The notes: a model not told the origin generated them from the sequence alone. Shown: positions 32,546-41,961, counted from the first letter of the stretch. The stretch is DNA of 64,000 bases from Minisyncoccota bacterium (GCA_028712565.1 JAQTPW010000004.1:838-64837); one strand, 5' to 3'. Numbers and translations: made by a program.

Positions 32546-35101
32546 ATGGAAAATTACAATCCTCAAAAAATAGAAGAAAAATGGCGTAAAATTTGGGAAG
32601 CTAAAAAGGTTTTTCAAGCTGATTTAAAAGAGGCAAAAAACCCATATTACAACCTGATGATGTTCCCTTATCCCTCAGCTGAGGGGCTGCACGTCGGGAA
32701 TGTTTACGCCTTTACCGGTTCCGATATCCATGGCCGCTTTCGCAGACATCAAGGGTTTGATGTTTTTGAGCCGATTGGTTTTGATGCTTTTGGGATTCAC
32801 TCGGAAAATTTTGCAATTAAAAAAGGAATTCATCCCAAAATCTTAGTTAAAAAAAATGTTGATAATTTCCGCCATCAGCTGAAAAATTTAGGCTGTCTTT
32901 TTGATTGGGGGCACGAAGTAAATACTACCGATCCCAAATATTACAAATGGACCCAGTGGCTGTTTTTGCAGTTATATAAAGCGGGTTTGGCCTGCAGGAA
33001 AAAGGCTCCTGTTGATTGGTGCCCTTCTTGCAAAACTGTTTTGGCGGATGAACAAGTCATTAATGGAAAATGCGAAAGATGCGACAGTCAAGTTATTCAA
33101 AAAGAAACCGAACAGTGGTTTTTAAAAATAACTAATTATGCCGAAAAGCTGTTAAAAAACTTAGAGCATTTATCTGAAGGCGCCTTAGGGTCCAAAATAA
33201 AAATTACTCCAGAGATGGCGAAGGCGGGAATAGATTGGTCGGAAAAAACAAAATTCAGCCAAAAAAACTGGATTGGCAAATCTGAAGGGGCATTAATTAA
33301 ATTTAAAATAAAAAAAGAGCCCTACGAAGAAAAGAAGGGAAGTTCGGAAATAGAAGTGTTTACAACTCGGCCCGACACTTTGTTTGGCTGCACTTATTTA
33401 GTTTTGGCTCCCGAGCACCCGGTAATTAAAGAATTTAAAACAAAAATTTTAAACCTAAAAAATGTTGAAAAATATATTGAAGAGACCCGAAAAGAAAGTG
33501 AAACAGATAGATTGAACGAAGAAAAAGAAAAAGTTGGAGTAGAGTTAAAAGGGATAAAAGTTATAAATCCCGTCAATCAGAGAGAGATTCCTGTTTGGAT
33601 TGCCGACTACGTTTTAGTCCATTATGGGACGGGGGCTGTTATGGCGGTCCCTTGCCACGATCAAAGAGATTTTGATTTTGCCAAAGCCTATAATTTGCCA
33701 ATGATAGAGGTGATAAGTTCTTATCAGAAAGAACCCTTGCCCAAAAAAGTGAGTCAGGTTGTTTCAAATGGAACGTTTGAAAAAGCTTACGAAGGCGATG
33801 GTGTTTTAATTAATTCTGGAAGATTTGACGGAATGAATTCAAAAGAAGCGCAAGAAAAAATTGTCGAATGGTTAAATAAAAAAGACCAGAGCGCAAAAAA
33901 ATCTGTCTGTTATAAGTTAAGAGATTGGTTAATTTCTCGCCAAAGATATTGGGGAGCTCCAATACCTATGATTTATTGCGAAAAGTGCGGCTGGCAGCCA
34001 GTGCCCGAAAAAGATCTGCCGGTTTTACTGCCCTATACAAAAAATTTCAGGCCAAAAGGAACCGGAGTTTCGCCCTTGGATTCTATTGAGTCGTTTGTGA
34101 AAGCAAAATGCCCAAAATGCAAGGGAAATGCCAAAAGAGAAACTGATGTTTGTGATACTTTTATGGATTCCTCTTGGTATTTTATCCGTTATCCTTCAAC
34201 AAACTTCAATAATAAAGCTTTTGATAACGAGATTACTAAAAAATGGTTGCCGGTTGACATGTATATCGGAGGCCATGAGCACGCGGTATTACACTTAATG
34301 TACAGCAGATTTATAACTATGGCTTTAAAAGATATGGGTTTAATTGATTTTGAAGAGCCATTCAAAAAATTCAGAGCCCATGGGCTTTTGACAAAAGAAG
34401 GAGCAAAAATGTCGAAATCAAAAGGGAATGTGGTAAATCCAGATGATTATTATAAAAAATTCGGGACAGATACTTTAAGAACTTATTTAATGTTTTTAGG
34501 GCCATTTGAGCAAGGCGGCGATTGGCAGGATTTGGGGATTAACGGAGTTAAAAGATTTCTGGAAAAAATTTGGTTATTGAGCGGGGAAATTAAAAATAAA
34601 TCCGGAGGGGAAAATGATATCTTATTAAACCAGACAATAAAAAAGGTTACGGAAGATCTGGAAAACCTGAGATACAATACCGCAATTTCGGCTTTGATGA
34701 TTTTGGTAAATCACTTGTCAGAAAACAAAGATCAGTTAACGGTAAAAAGTTTCAAAACTTTATTACTGCTTTTGTCTCCTTTTGCTCCGCATCTGACTGA
34801 AGAATTATGGCAAAAAATAAATTATCCAGGCGCAAAGCTCTCTGCTTATTTATCAGGAAATTCAATTCATTCTCGGCCTTGGCCAGAATATAACCCAAAA
34901 TTAATTAAAGAAAAAACAGCAACCTTAATTATCCAAGTGAATGGCAAGATCAGAGACAAAATTGAAGTCAATGTGAATATATCTAAGGAAGAAGCGGAAG
35001 CCCTTGCAATTTCCCGCGAAAAGGTTAAGAATTGGGTAGCGGGGAAAGAAATAAAAAAAGTCATTTTCGTCCCCGAAAAACTAATAAATATCGTAATCTA
35101 A
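32546..35101 (+). CDS. leuS: leucine--tRNA ligase
   Basis: MENYNPQKIEEKWRKIW start (the ORF-track TTG at 32498 is probably too long), PYPSAEGLHVGN, TRPDTLFG, KMSKSKGN. Confidence 0.9.
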   Translation: MENYNPQKIEEKWRKIWEAKKVFQADLKEAKNPYYNLMMFPYPSAEGLHVGNVYAFTGSDIHGRFRRHQGFDVFEPIGFDAFGIHSENFAIKKGIHPKILVKKNVDNFRHQLKNLGCLFDWGHEVNTTDPKYYKWTQWLFLQLYKAGLACRKKAPVDWCPSCKTVLADEQVINGKCERCDSQVIQKETEQWFLKITNYAEKLLKNLEHLSEGALGSKIKITPEMAKAGIDWSEKTKFSQKNWIGKSEGALIKFKIKKEPYEEKKGSSEIEVFTTRPDTLFGCTYLVLAPEHPVIKEFKTKILNLKNVEKYIEETRKESETDRLNEEKEKVGVELKGIKVINPVNQREIPVWIADYVLVHYGTGAVMAVPCHDQRDFDFAKAYNLPMIEVISSYQKEPLPKKVSQVVSNGTFEKAYEGDGVLINSGRFDGMNSKEAQEKIVEWLNKKDQSAKKSVCYKLRDWLISRQRYWGAPIPMIYCEKCGWQPVPEKDLPVLLPYTKNFRPKGTGVSPLDSIESFVKAKCPKCKGNAKRETDVCDTFMDSSWYFIRYPSTNFNNKAFDNEITKKWLPVDMYIGGHEHAVLHLMYSRFITMALKDMGLIDFEEPFKKFRAHGLLTKEGAKMSKSKGNVVNPDDYYKKFGTDTLRTYLMFLGPFEQGGDWQDLGINGVKRFLEKIWLLSGEIKNKSGGENDILLNQTIKKVTEDLENLRYNTAISALMILVNHLSENKDQLTVKSFKTLLLLLSPFAPHLTEELWQKINYPGAKLSAYLSGNSIHSRPWPEYNPKLIKEKTATLIIQVNGKIRDKIEVNVNISKEEAEALAISREKVKNWVAGKEIKKVIFVPEKLINIVI

Positions 35102-35103
35102 CC

Positions 35104-36924
35104 ATGTGCGGAATAGTAGGCTACATAGGCAAGGATCAAAATATAAAAATGGGTTTGGATGCTTTAAGAAGGCTCGAATACCGAGGCTATGATTCGGCTG
35201 GCGCCGCTTGGTATAATCAAAATCAAAAAGAAATATTCTGCCTTAAAAAAACTGGCAGAATAGATAATTTAGAAAAGGCAATTTCAGAGAGCAATTTAAA
35301 TCTTACAGGAAATCCTTTTATTTTTCATACTCGCTGGGCAACTCATGGCGGAGTGACAGACCAAAATGCTCACCCGCATTTTGATTGCAAAAAAGATATC
35401 TATTTAGCTCATAACGGAATTATCGAAAACTATCAGGAATTGAAAGAAAAATTGATAAAAGAAGGCCATCAATTCGTTTCTCAGTGCGATACAGAAGTGG
35501 TTCCCCATTTGATAGAAAAATATTTCCAAGGGAATTTAGAAGAAGCGGTTAGAAAAGCCTTAAAAGAAATTAGAGGAACTTATGGAATAGCAGTGATTTC
35601 AAAAAAAGATCCGGGAAAAATTGTGGCTGCAAGATTATCTTCTCCACTGCTTTTGGGAATTAATCAAAACCAAGTTTTAGTAGCTTCTGATCCTGCTGCA
35701 GTTATTACTCATACAAGGCAGATTATAAATTTAGACGACAACGAAATTGCAGTTTTGAAGCCGGAAAACTTTTTCATTTTAAAAGAAAAGCCAATAGTCC
35801 AAATTGAATGGACGCAGGAAGAAGCCCAAAAAGGAGGATATAAACATTTTATGCAAAAAGAAATAATGGAAGCGCCAGAAACTATTAAAAATGCCATTCG
35901 CGGAAGGCTGCTTCCGAATGAAGGGCAGGTGAGATTGGGAGGGTTAAATACAGTTTCAAATAAGTTAAGAGAAATTGACCGGATTTCTTTAATCGCTTGC
36001 GGGACGGCAAGCTATGCCGCTCGGGTTGGCGAATATATGTTAGAAGAATACGCGGGAATTCCTTCTGAATTTGATGTGGCTTCCGAATTCCGTTATAGAA
36101 AGCCGGTAGTTGATAAAAAAACCGCTGCGATTTTTATTTCTCAGTCAGGCGAAACAGCCGACACTCTTGGAGCTTTAAGGGAAATGAAGCAAAAGGGGAT
36201 TCTAACTATTGGCATTACAAATGAAGTAGGTTCTACCCAGTCCAGAGAAACCGATGCCGGCATTTATACAAGATCCGGCCCGGAAATTGCTGTTGCCTCT
36301 ACAAAAGCCCTAATCGGACAATTGGTAACTTTGGCAATGTTAACCGTGTATTTGGGCAGGCAAAGAGATATGGCTTTGGTAATGGGAAACAGGATTGTTA
36401 CAGAATTGGAAAAATTGCCAGAATTGGCAAATGAGGTTTTAAAACAAGGACCAGAAATTGAAAAATTAGTTGAGAAATACAAAGATTATAATAATTTCTG
36501 GTTTATCGGCAGAAAATATAATTATCCGATTGCCTTGGAAGGCGCTTTAAAATTGAAAGAAATTTCTTATTTGCATGCCGAAGGAATAGCAGCTGGTGAA
36601 TTAAAGCATGGGCCTTTGGCTTTAGTTGACGAAAATTTCCCAACAGTAGCCCTTTGCCCTTCGGATTCGGTTTACGAAAAAATGGTTTCGCATGTCCAGC
36701 AAATTAAGGCAAGAAACGGTAAGGTAATTGCTATTGCCACTCAAGGAAACGAAGATATTAAAAAAATAGCAGATGATGTAATTTATATTCCAAAAACTTT
36801 GGAAATGCTAACCCCGATTTTATCAGTCATTCCTTTGCAATTTTTTGCCTATTATATGGCAATATTGCGTGGTTGCGACGTGGACAAGCCAAGAAATCTG
36901 GCAAAGTCAGTTACTGTAGAATAA
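35104..36924 (+). CDS. glmS: glutamine--fructose-6-phosphate aminotransferase
   Basis: MCGIVGYIG N-terminal nucleophile, two SIS domains, C-terminal KSVTVE. The ATG at 35104 lies 2 nt after the leuS stop. Confidence 0.9.
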   Translation: MCGIVGYIGKDQNIKMGLDALRRLEYRGYDSAGAAWYNQNQKEIFCLKKTGRIDNLEKAISESNLNLTGNPFIFHTRWATHGGVTDQNAHPHFDCKKDIYLAHNGIIENYQELKEKLIKEGHQFVSQCDTEVVPHLIEKYFQGNLEEAVRKALKEIRGTYGIAVISKKDPGKIVAARLSSPLLLGINQNQVLVASDPAAVITHTRQIINLDDNEIAVLKPENFFILKEKPIVQIEWTQEEAQKGGYKHFMQKEIMEAPETIKNAIRGRLLPNEGQVRLGGLNTVSNKLREIDRISLIACGTASYAARVGEYMLEEYAGIPSEFDVASEFRYRKPVVDKKTAAIFISQSGETADTLGALREMKQKGILTIGITNEVGSTQSRETDAGIYTRSGPEIAVASTKALIGQLVTLAMLTVYLGRQRDMALVMGNRIVTELEKLPELANEVLKQGPEIEKLVEKYKDYNNFWFIGRKYNYPIALEGALKLKEISYLHAEGIAAGELKHGPLALVDENFPTVALCPSDSVYEKMVSHVQQIKARNGKVIAIATQGNEDIKKIADDVIYIPKTLEMLTPILSVIPLQFFAYYMAILRGCDVDKPRNLAKSVTVE

Positions 36925-36950
36925 AGATTCTGGAAATTTATTTATACAAA

Positions 36951-36990
36951 TTATCAAGCCCCGCTCTTTAGGGCGGGGCTTGATAATTTT
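36951..36990 (+). terminator. rho-independent terminator
   Basis: 14-bp stem TTATCAAGCCCCGC / GCGGGGCTTGATAA with an 8-nt loop, followed by TTTT. Confidence 0.8.
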
Positions 36991-37014
36991 CGGCAAGCAG
37001 GTAAAATTAATCAA

Positions 37015-38664
37015 ATGGAGGAGATTTTTTCGAAAAATTCAGGGAAGGCAATTTTATTGGGAAACGAAGCTATTGTTCGAGGCGCCTTGGAATCGGGCGT
37101 CAATTTTGTTTCTACTTACCCTGGAACCCCGGCTTCGGAAATCGGGAATATTTTTTATAAAATTTCAAAAGAAGCTGGCGTTTATTTTGAATTTTCTACA
37201 AACGAAAAGGTGGCTTTGGAAGCTTCAATTGGAGCCAGCTTTTCGGGTTTAAAAACACTGGTAGCTATGAAAAATTTTGGTTTGAATGTTTGCCTGGACG
37301 CTTTGTTTCCGTTTGTTTATACGGGCTCTAAAGGCCCTACGGTAATCATTGTTGCCGATGATCCTTCCTGCCACAGTTCTGCCCAGTCAGAAGAAAACAG
37401 CCGGGGAATTTTGCTCGCAACTCATATTCCGGTTTTAGAGCCGTCAGATCCTCAGGAATGCAAGGATTTTGTAAAATTAGGATACCAGATTTCAGAAAGA
37501 TTCAAAACTCCCGTGGTAATAAGAACTACGACAAGAGTGGCTCATCAGAAAGCGCCAGTAAAACTGAATGAAATCCCAAATAACAAATCCCAAATTACAA
37601 AAGGTGAGTTTGTGAGAAATAAGCATCAGTTTGTTACTTTGCCGCCTAGAGTTTTTGAAATGAAGGCAGAATTATTGGAAAAAATCGAGAGAATAAAGGA
37701 ATTTTCTGAAAAATCGATTATTAATAAAATTTCAGGCAATGGAAAAATTGGAATCATAACCTCAGGAGTTTCTTATTTAAATGTAATGGATGCGCAGGAA
37801 GAACTTGGGGTTAATCTCTCGGTTTTTAAACTCGGATTTTTTAATCCCTTGCCCGAAGAAAAAATTAAAGCGTTTTTAAGGCCTTTAAAAAAAGTTTTAG
37901 TTGTTGAAGAGTTAGAGCCATTTTTAGAGGACGAAATTAAAAGATTGGCAAAAGAAGTAAACTGCAAGCTGGAAATTTTCGGAAAAGGATTAATCCCAGA
38001 AATTGGCGAAACAAAACCAGAAGATGTGATCTTTGCTCTGGCAAAAGTGCTAAATCCTAAATCCCAAATCCCAAATCCTAAACAAATTCAAAATACAAAA
38101 ACCAAAATACAAACTACGGGACGCCTTCCCCAGCTCTGTCCCGGTTGCCCTTACTGGATGGTAATTTCTGCAATCAAAAAGGCCGTTAACGAAAACGAGG
38201 TGATATTTGGCGGGGAAATCGGATGCTATATGCTTTTTGGAAACGCACCGGTAAATTTGCAAGATTATTTATTTTGCATGGGGTCTTCAATGGGAATTGC
38301 CCACGGAATTAAAAAAGCTACCAAAGGCCAACAAAAGCTTATTACTTTTATCGGCGATTCTTCATTTTTCCATTCGGGAATTCCGCCTTTGATAAACACA
38401 GTTTTTAATAAATCGAATCCTTTAGTTATTATTTTAAATAATGAAACAACAGCCATGACCGGGCACCAGCCGCATCCAGTTTCTGCTGGAATGGAAAACA
38501 ATATAAACATTGAAAATATTGTCAGGGCTTGCGGAGTAAAATATGTAAAAACGATTGACCAGGCAAATCAGGAAGAATTTACCAATACGGTAAAAGATTT
38601 TTTGGAAAAAGATACGGTTTCTGTAATAATTGCAAAACATCCGTGCAAATTCGTTAAGAAGTAA
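37015..38664 (+). CDS. iorA: indolepyruvate:ferredoxin oxidoreductase alpha subunit-like (no C-terminal ferredoxin domain seen)
   Basis: LLGNEAIVRGALESGVNFVSTYPGTPASEI, CPGCPY, GDSSFFHSG TPP-binding motif. Confidence 0.75.
   Translation: MEEIFSKNSGKAILLGNEAIVRGALESGVNFVSTYPGTPASEIGNIFYKISKEAGVYFEFSTNEKVALEASIGASFSGLKTLVAMKNFGLNVCLDALFPFVYTGSKGPTVIIVADDPSCHSSAQSEENSRGILLATHIPVLEPSDPQECKDFVKLGYQISERFKTPVVIRTTTRVAHQKAPVKLNEIPNNKSQITKGEFVRNKHQFVTLPPRVFEMKAELLEKIERIKEFSEKSIINKISGNGKIGIITSGVSYLNVMDAQEELGVNLSVFKLGFFNPLPEEKIKAFLRPLKKVLVVEELEPFLEDEIKRLAKEVNCKLEIFGKGLIPEIGETKPEDVIFALAKVLNPKSQIPNPKQIQNTKTKIQTTGRLPQLCPGCPYWMVISAIKKAVNENEVIFGGEIGCYMLFGNAPVNLQDYLFCMGSSMGIAHGIKKATKGQQKLITFIGDSSFFHSGIPPLINTVFNKSNPLVIILNNETTAMTGHQPHPVSAGMENNINIENIVRACGVKYVKTIDQANQEEFTNTVKDFLEKDTVSVIIAKHPCKFVKK
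38049..38113 (+). repeat. AT-rich AAATCC(C/T)-type module in-frame in iorA
   Basis: GCTAAATCCTAAATCCCAAATCCCAAATCCTAAACAAATTCAAAATAC... encodes NPKSQIPNPKQIQNTKTKIQ. The 18-mer at 38059-38076 is identical to the reverse complement of 63768-63785 in mfd. Confidence 0.85.
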
Positions 38665-38722
38665 TCCGAATCTACAAATACGGCATTCGGATACGATTCG
38701 GATAATATTAGGATTATATTTT

Positions 38723-39298
38723 ATGGAACAAAAAAAATTCGATATGTTAATCGTCGGAACTGGAGGCCAGGGTTTGATTACCCTTTTGCAAATAATTTCA
38801 GAAGCAGCAACTTCTGAAGGTTATGATATAAAAACTTCCGAACTTCATGGATTATCTCAAAGAGGAGGTTCAGTAGAAGTCCACATTAGATTTGGAAAGA
38901 AAATTTACTCCCCCATGGTGGCGCAAGGAAAAGCTGATTTGATTTTGGCTTTGGAAGAGCAGGAATCTTTAAATGGGGCTTATTTTGCCAATCCCAAAAC
39001 GCAATTTTTAATAAACCAATTTGTAATTCCCATTCCTTTGAAAACATCTTTTACAGAGAAAGAAATTTTAAAACAATTGGGAAAAATAACCAAAAATATT
39101 ACTTTAGTCCCGGCAGATAAAATCTGCCAAGAAAAGCTCGGAACCACTGTTGTTTCCGGAATTTATTTAGTTAGCTTTGCGGCTTTTCATAATTTGATTC
39201 CTCTGAAACCAGAATCAATAAAAGCTGCAATTAAAAAAATAATTCCACCAAATTATATGGAGTTAAATATAAAAACTTTCGAATTAGCAAAAAGCTAG
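38723..39298 (+). CDS. iorB: indolepyruvate:ferredoxin oxidoreductase beta subunit-like
   Basis: FDMLIVGTGGQGLITL...ELHGLSQRGGSV. The ATG at 38723 is preferred over the ORF-track start, which runs through a repeat-rich spacer. Confidence 0.75.
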   Translation: MEQKKFDMLIVGTGGQGLITLLQIISEAATSEGYDIKTSELHGLSQRGGSVEVHIRFGKKIYSPMVAQGKADLILALEEQESLNGAYFANPKTQFLINQFVIPIPLKTSFTEKEILKQLGKITKNITLVPADKICQEKLGTTVVSGIYLVSFAAFHNLIPLKPESIKAAIKKIIPPNYMELNIKTFELAKS

Positions 39299-39320
39299 CT
39301 TATTTTAAGGAGGTAAGCGA

Positions 39321-39491
39321 TGGAAGAAAATAAAAAAGGTGACTACGCAAATGTCGTTCTTCCGATACTAGACGAAATCAAGGAAGCCGGTCTGGTCGGC
39401 GAGCAAAACGGATATCGGTTTACCGAAGATCCGTGGCATAGAAGAGTTAAGCGCTGGGTCCTCCGCACCTTCAGCCATCTATTTAAATAGG
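39321..39491 (+). CDS. hypothetical 56-aa protein (below the ORF-track cutoff)
   Basis: AAGGAGG SD at 39308-39314 and ATG at 39321. Translates as MEENKKGDYANVVLPILDEIKEAGLVGEQNGYRFTEDPWHRRVKRWVLRTFSHLFK*. The stop lies inside a terminator hairpin, and the ORF is GC-richer than its neighbours. Confidence 0.45.
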
Positions 39492-39507
39492 TGGCTTTTA
39501 TTTTTTC
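39474..39507 (+). terminator. rho-independent terminator
   Basis: Stem AGCCATCTA 39474-39482 / TAGGTGGCT 39489-39497 (one G:U pair), followed by TTTTATTTTTT. Confidence 0.65.
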
Positions 39508-39510
39508 TAT

Positions 39511-39539
39511 TGACAAAAAAATATGCTGTCATTAGAATA
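39511..39539 (+). promoter_or_regulatory. sigma70-type promoter
   Basis: TTGACA 39511-39516, 17-nt spacer, TAGAAT 39534-39539. Confidence 0.5.
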
Positions 39540-39609
39540 CTAGTAAAACAATAAAAAAATAAAATTAATAGGAAATTTAATAAAAATTAATAAAATTAAT
39601 CTACTAATT

Positions 39610-40251
39610 ATGAAAAAAGCACATATATTCTTAGCAATTATTGTTGTGATGATCGGAATTTTAGGAATAAGTTCTAATGTTTTTGCCGATCAGCAGATTT
39701 TGACTTCTATGATAATTCAGCCTGGACCGGTAACTCTAAGTGTTGGAGAAAAAGGAGCATATACAGTCTACCCTTTAGACCAAAACGGGAATCCTTTCTT
39801 GGAGCGATTTACTGTAACTTGGGAGAGCTTAATACCAACAGTTGCTACTATAAACAATTCGGGGTTAATTAAAGGTATTTCTTCTGGTATTGCTACAATG
39901 ATTGTGACAGTTACTAGCGGAAATTTTACGCCAATATATGGAGTAGTCCCTGTATATGTGACATCTCCGGAAGATCCTATTCCGACTACGTTTAAAATTT
40001 CTCCTTCTCAGGTTTCAATTAAAATAGGAAAAACTCAAATGCTCAAAATTTCAGTTTTAGATCAAGATGGAGATCGTTTTACGGGAAACCTTTTAAAGAT
40101 GTTTGTTTCCTATGATAGGCAAATCGCAATAGCTGATGGCCAAGGTATTATAACCGGAATCTCTGCGGGTAATACCGGAATTTTTGTTGTGGTAACTGAC
40201 GGAATTCATCCTTTGCTTTCCGCAACTGTGGATGTTATTGTAAGGCAGTAA
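39610..40251 (+). CDS. secreted protein with two bacterial Ig-like (Big_2-type) domains
   Basis: Signal peptide MKKAHIFLAIIVVMIGILGISSNVFA. Two repeats containing ATINNSGLIKGISSGIATMIV / AIADGQGIITGISAGNTGIFV. Confidence 0.65.
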   Translation: MKKAHIFLAIIVVMIGILGISSNVFADQQILTSMIIQPGPVTLSVGEKGAYTVYPLDQNGNPFLERFTVTWESLIPTVATINNSGLIKGISSGIATMIVTVTSGNFTPIYGVVPVYVTSPEDPIPTTFKISPSQVSIKIGKTQMLKISVLDQDGDRFTGNLLKMFVSYDRQIAIADGQGIITGISAGNTGIFVVVTDGIHPLLSATVDVIVRQ

Positions 40252-40265
40252 TCTTTGAGAGATCA

Positions 40266-40305
40266 CAAAAAGCCGCCCGTTCGATGTGACTCAGGGCGGT
40301 TTTTT
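40266..40305 (+). terminator. rho-independent terminator built from a TTCGAT...CTCAGGGC family element
   Basis: AAAAAGCCGCCC ... GGGCGGTTTTTT. The loop carries GTTCGATGTGACTCA, whose inverted copy TGAGTCGCATCGAAC lies at 40311-40325. Confidence 0.6.
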
Positions 40306-40375
40306 ACAATGAGTCGCATCGAACTTTCCGAAGGGAAAATAGGATGGAGCGAAAATTAAATACTTAATTTTTGTC

Positions 40376-40403
40376 TTTGACTTTTATAAAAAGAATTGTA
40401 AGA
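40376..40403 (+). promoter_or_regulatory. candidate promoter
   Basis: TTGACT 40376-40381, 16-nt spacer, TAAGAT 40398-40403, upstream of the strong SD AGAGGAGGTGAGG. Confidence 0.35.
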
Positions 40404-40454
40404 TATAGCATACTTTAAAAACTGAATAATTTCAAAAAAGAGGAGGTGAGGTAA

Positions 40455-41831
40455 ATGACTATAAATTCTGGTTCAATTTTTCCAGGAGAAAAGGTCCCAT
40501 TTAGTTACGGATTCCATCCGAAATTCGAGCATTCTTATAGAAGGTTTTATAGGGAGATGATAAGAAAAGCCAGAAAAGGAGTGTTCTACGAGAAAAAGGT
40601 ATCTCTGACTGATATTCGAAAGAGCGGGAACGTATATCTTGTCCCTCGGGATAGATATATGGAGGTTGTTGATGAATTTGGAGATATAGTTGCCGTCGGC
40701 AATCTTGATAAGGCAATGTTTCCATTCAGCTCCTATGATTTTTATGCAGATATCCTTGAAGAAAAATATTTCCAAGAACTTCTTTCTCAGGCATTCTATC
40801 GGTTAGGAGAAATCAGCCAGCTTGGTTATTTGGTCCCGCCAAGACCCGAAGATTGGGATCCCAACATATCTATCTCATATTATGTTCCTGCTTTTCCGCA
40901 TACGCGTTGGGCACATTCCAGATTAGTTGCTTTTTTAATGGAGGCCGTTTTGGCCAGCCATGGTTTTATGGAAAAAGAGCGGCTTCCGATAATTTTGACG
41001 GCTGCTTATCATGATATAGCAATCCCTGCCGGAGGTGATTCGATAAAGCGCGTTAATATGGAAGAGCTGGATGAAGAAAATAACTTCGAATGGGTGTTGA
41101 ATCATTATGGGTTGGTCGAAGAATGGTCTAAAGAGTACGGGTTTGATATACAAGTAGCCAAACAATGGGTAAAAAACCAGGGGTTATTCGGAAGACTATT
41201 AGACGTCATCGATAAGATGGCATATACAGCCCTTGATTGCTACTACGTCGGCGTCGACCGTCCGTGTAATGTCAGAACTTTCGGGTTAAAAAATCCTTTG
41301 ATTATGGATGTTTGGCAGGACATAAAGATTAAAGAAGACCGGAGCGATTTGGCCTTCACAAATCCCGACAGGCTTTTCAATTTCTTGCTCTTCAGGGCAT
41401 ACGAGCATACAGATCTTTTAATGAATCCTTATTCCCGAGCCCTGGACTTTTTTCTAACGAAGTTAGTCCAGCCCCTCTATGAAAAAGGTATAGTCACGCG
41501 AGAACAGCTTCTCACCCAGGACGATATGTGGCTAAAGGATGTGTTGCGGGTTTCTTATCCGAAAAGAAATGCCTCGATCATTATTGAACCAGAGCTTATA
41601 AGTTGGAAGAAGTTTGACGATCGGGAGCAGTTTGAAAAATTCTGCTCCGAAAATAAAGAAGCAGATCATACAGAATACATTAAAGGGTTTAACTTGGGTT
41701 TGGACTTTAAAGTATACGATGGGAATAAAATAACATCGGCCAGAGAAGTCTTTTCAAAAAACCAAATTGAAGAGTTGGAGGAGGCGAATAGGAAAGTAAA
41801 AGGATATTACATATATTATGCAAAGGAGTAG
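40455..41831 (+). CDS. divergent SAMHD1/dGTPase-like HD-domain phosphohydrolase
   Basis: FYRLGEISQLGYL...PHTRWAHSRLVAFLM (H..H), TAAYHDIAIPAGGD (HD), VIDKMAYTALDCYYVG. This is collinear with the FQRL..QLG / HxRxxHS / HD / DxxDYxxRD motifs of dNTP triphosphohydrolases. Confidence 0.55.
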   Translation: MTINSGSIFPGEKVPFSYGFHPKFEHSYRRFYREMIRKARKGVFYEKKVSLTDIRKSGNVYLVPRDRYMEVVDEFGDIVAVGNLDKAMFPFSSYDFYADILEEKYFQELLSQAFYRLGEISQLGYLVPPRPEDWDPNISISYYVPAFPHTRWAHSRLVAFLMEAVLASHGFMEKERLPIILTAAYHDIAIPAGGDSIKRVNMEELDEENNFEWVLNHYGLVEEWSKEYGFDIQVAKQWVKNQGLFGRLLDVIDKMAYTALDCYYVGVDRPCNVRTFGLKNPLIMDVWQDIKIKEDRSDLAFTNPDRLFNFLLFRAYEHTDLLMNPYSRALDFFLTKLVQPLYEKGIVTREQLLTQDDMWLKDVLRVSYPKRNASIIIEPELISWKKFDDREQFEKFCSENKEADHTEYIKGFNLGLDFKVYDGNKITSAREVFSKNQIEELEEANRKVKGYYIYYAKE

Positions 41832-41832
41832 G

Positions 41833-41865
41833 GCCCGTTTGAACTAAAAGACGGGCTTTTTCTTT
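41833..41865 (+). terminator. rho-independent terminator
   Basis: GCCCGT...ACGGGC stem followed by TTTTTCTTTT, immediately after the stop. Confidence 0.7.
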
Positions 41866-41946
41866 TAACCATGAAGTTAAAAATGTTCTAGGGTCGTCCG
41901 CCCCTCAGAAATGAGATTTCGCAACCTCGCATAGGGTGTGACTTTT

Positions 41947-41955
41947 TGGTAGGAT
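41947..41955 (+). promoter_or_regulatory. extended -10-like TGGTAGGAT; implies a leaderless or near-leaderless mRNA
   Basis: The element ends 6 nt before the ATG at 41962, and no SD is present. Confidence 0.3.
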
Positions 41956-41961
41956 ATATAA

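Noticed and set aside
35032-35103. Upstream extensions of ORF-track models (glmS 35032, leuS 32498, iorB 38630, yvcK-like 45612, M16 peptidase 24210, NUDIX 9863, XRE 6929, hypothetical 49869)
   Set aside because: In each case a conserved N-terminus (e.g. MCGIVGY, MENYNPQKIEEKW) or a clear SD marks a downstream start. The extension overlaps the preceding gene, a repeat or the divergent gene.
36980-37252. 90-aa ORF overlapping the iorA 5' end in another frame
   Set aside because: The alternative frame encodes a recognisable IorA N-terminus (GNEAIVRGALESGV...YPGTPASEI). The overlapping ORF starts inside the glmS terminator.
38665-38722. iorA-iorB spacer with TCCGAAT/ATTCGGA inverted repeat and duplicated ATTCGGATA; considered as related to the infC-rpmI spacer element
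   Set aside because: Similarity between the two spacers is limited to short ACGGAT/ATACGA strings and could be chance in AT-rich DNA. It is probably just an intercistronic hairpin.
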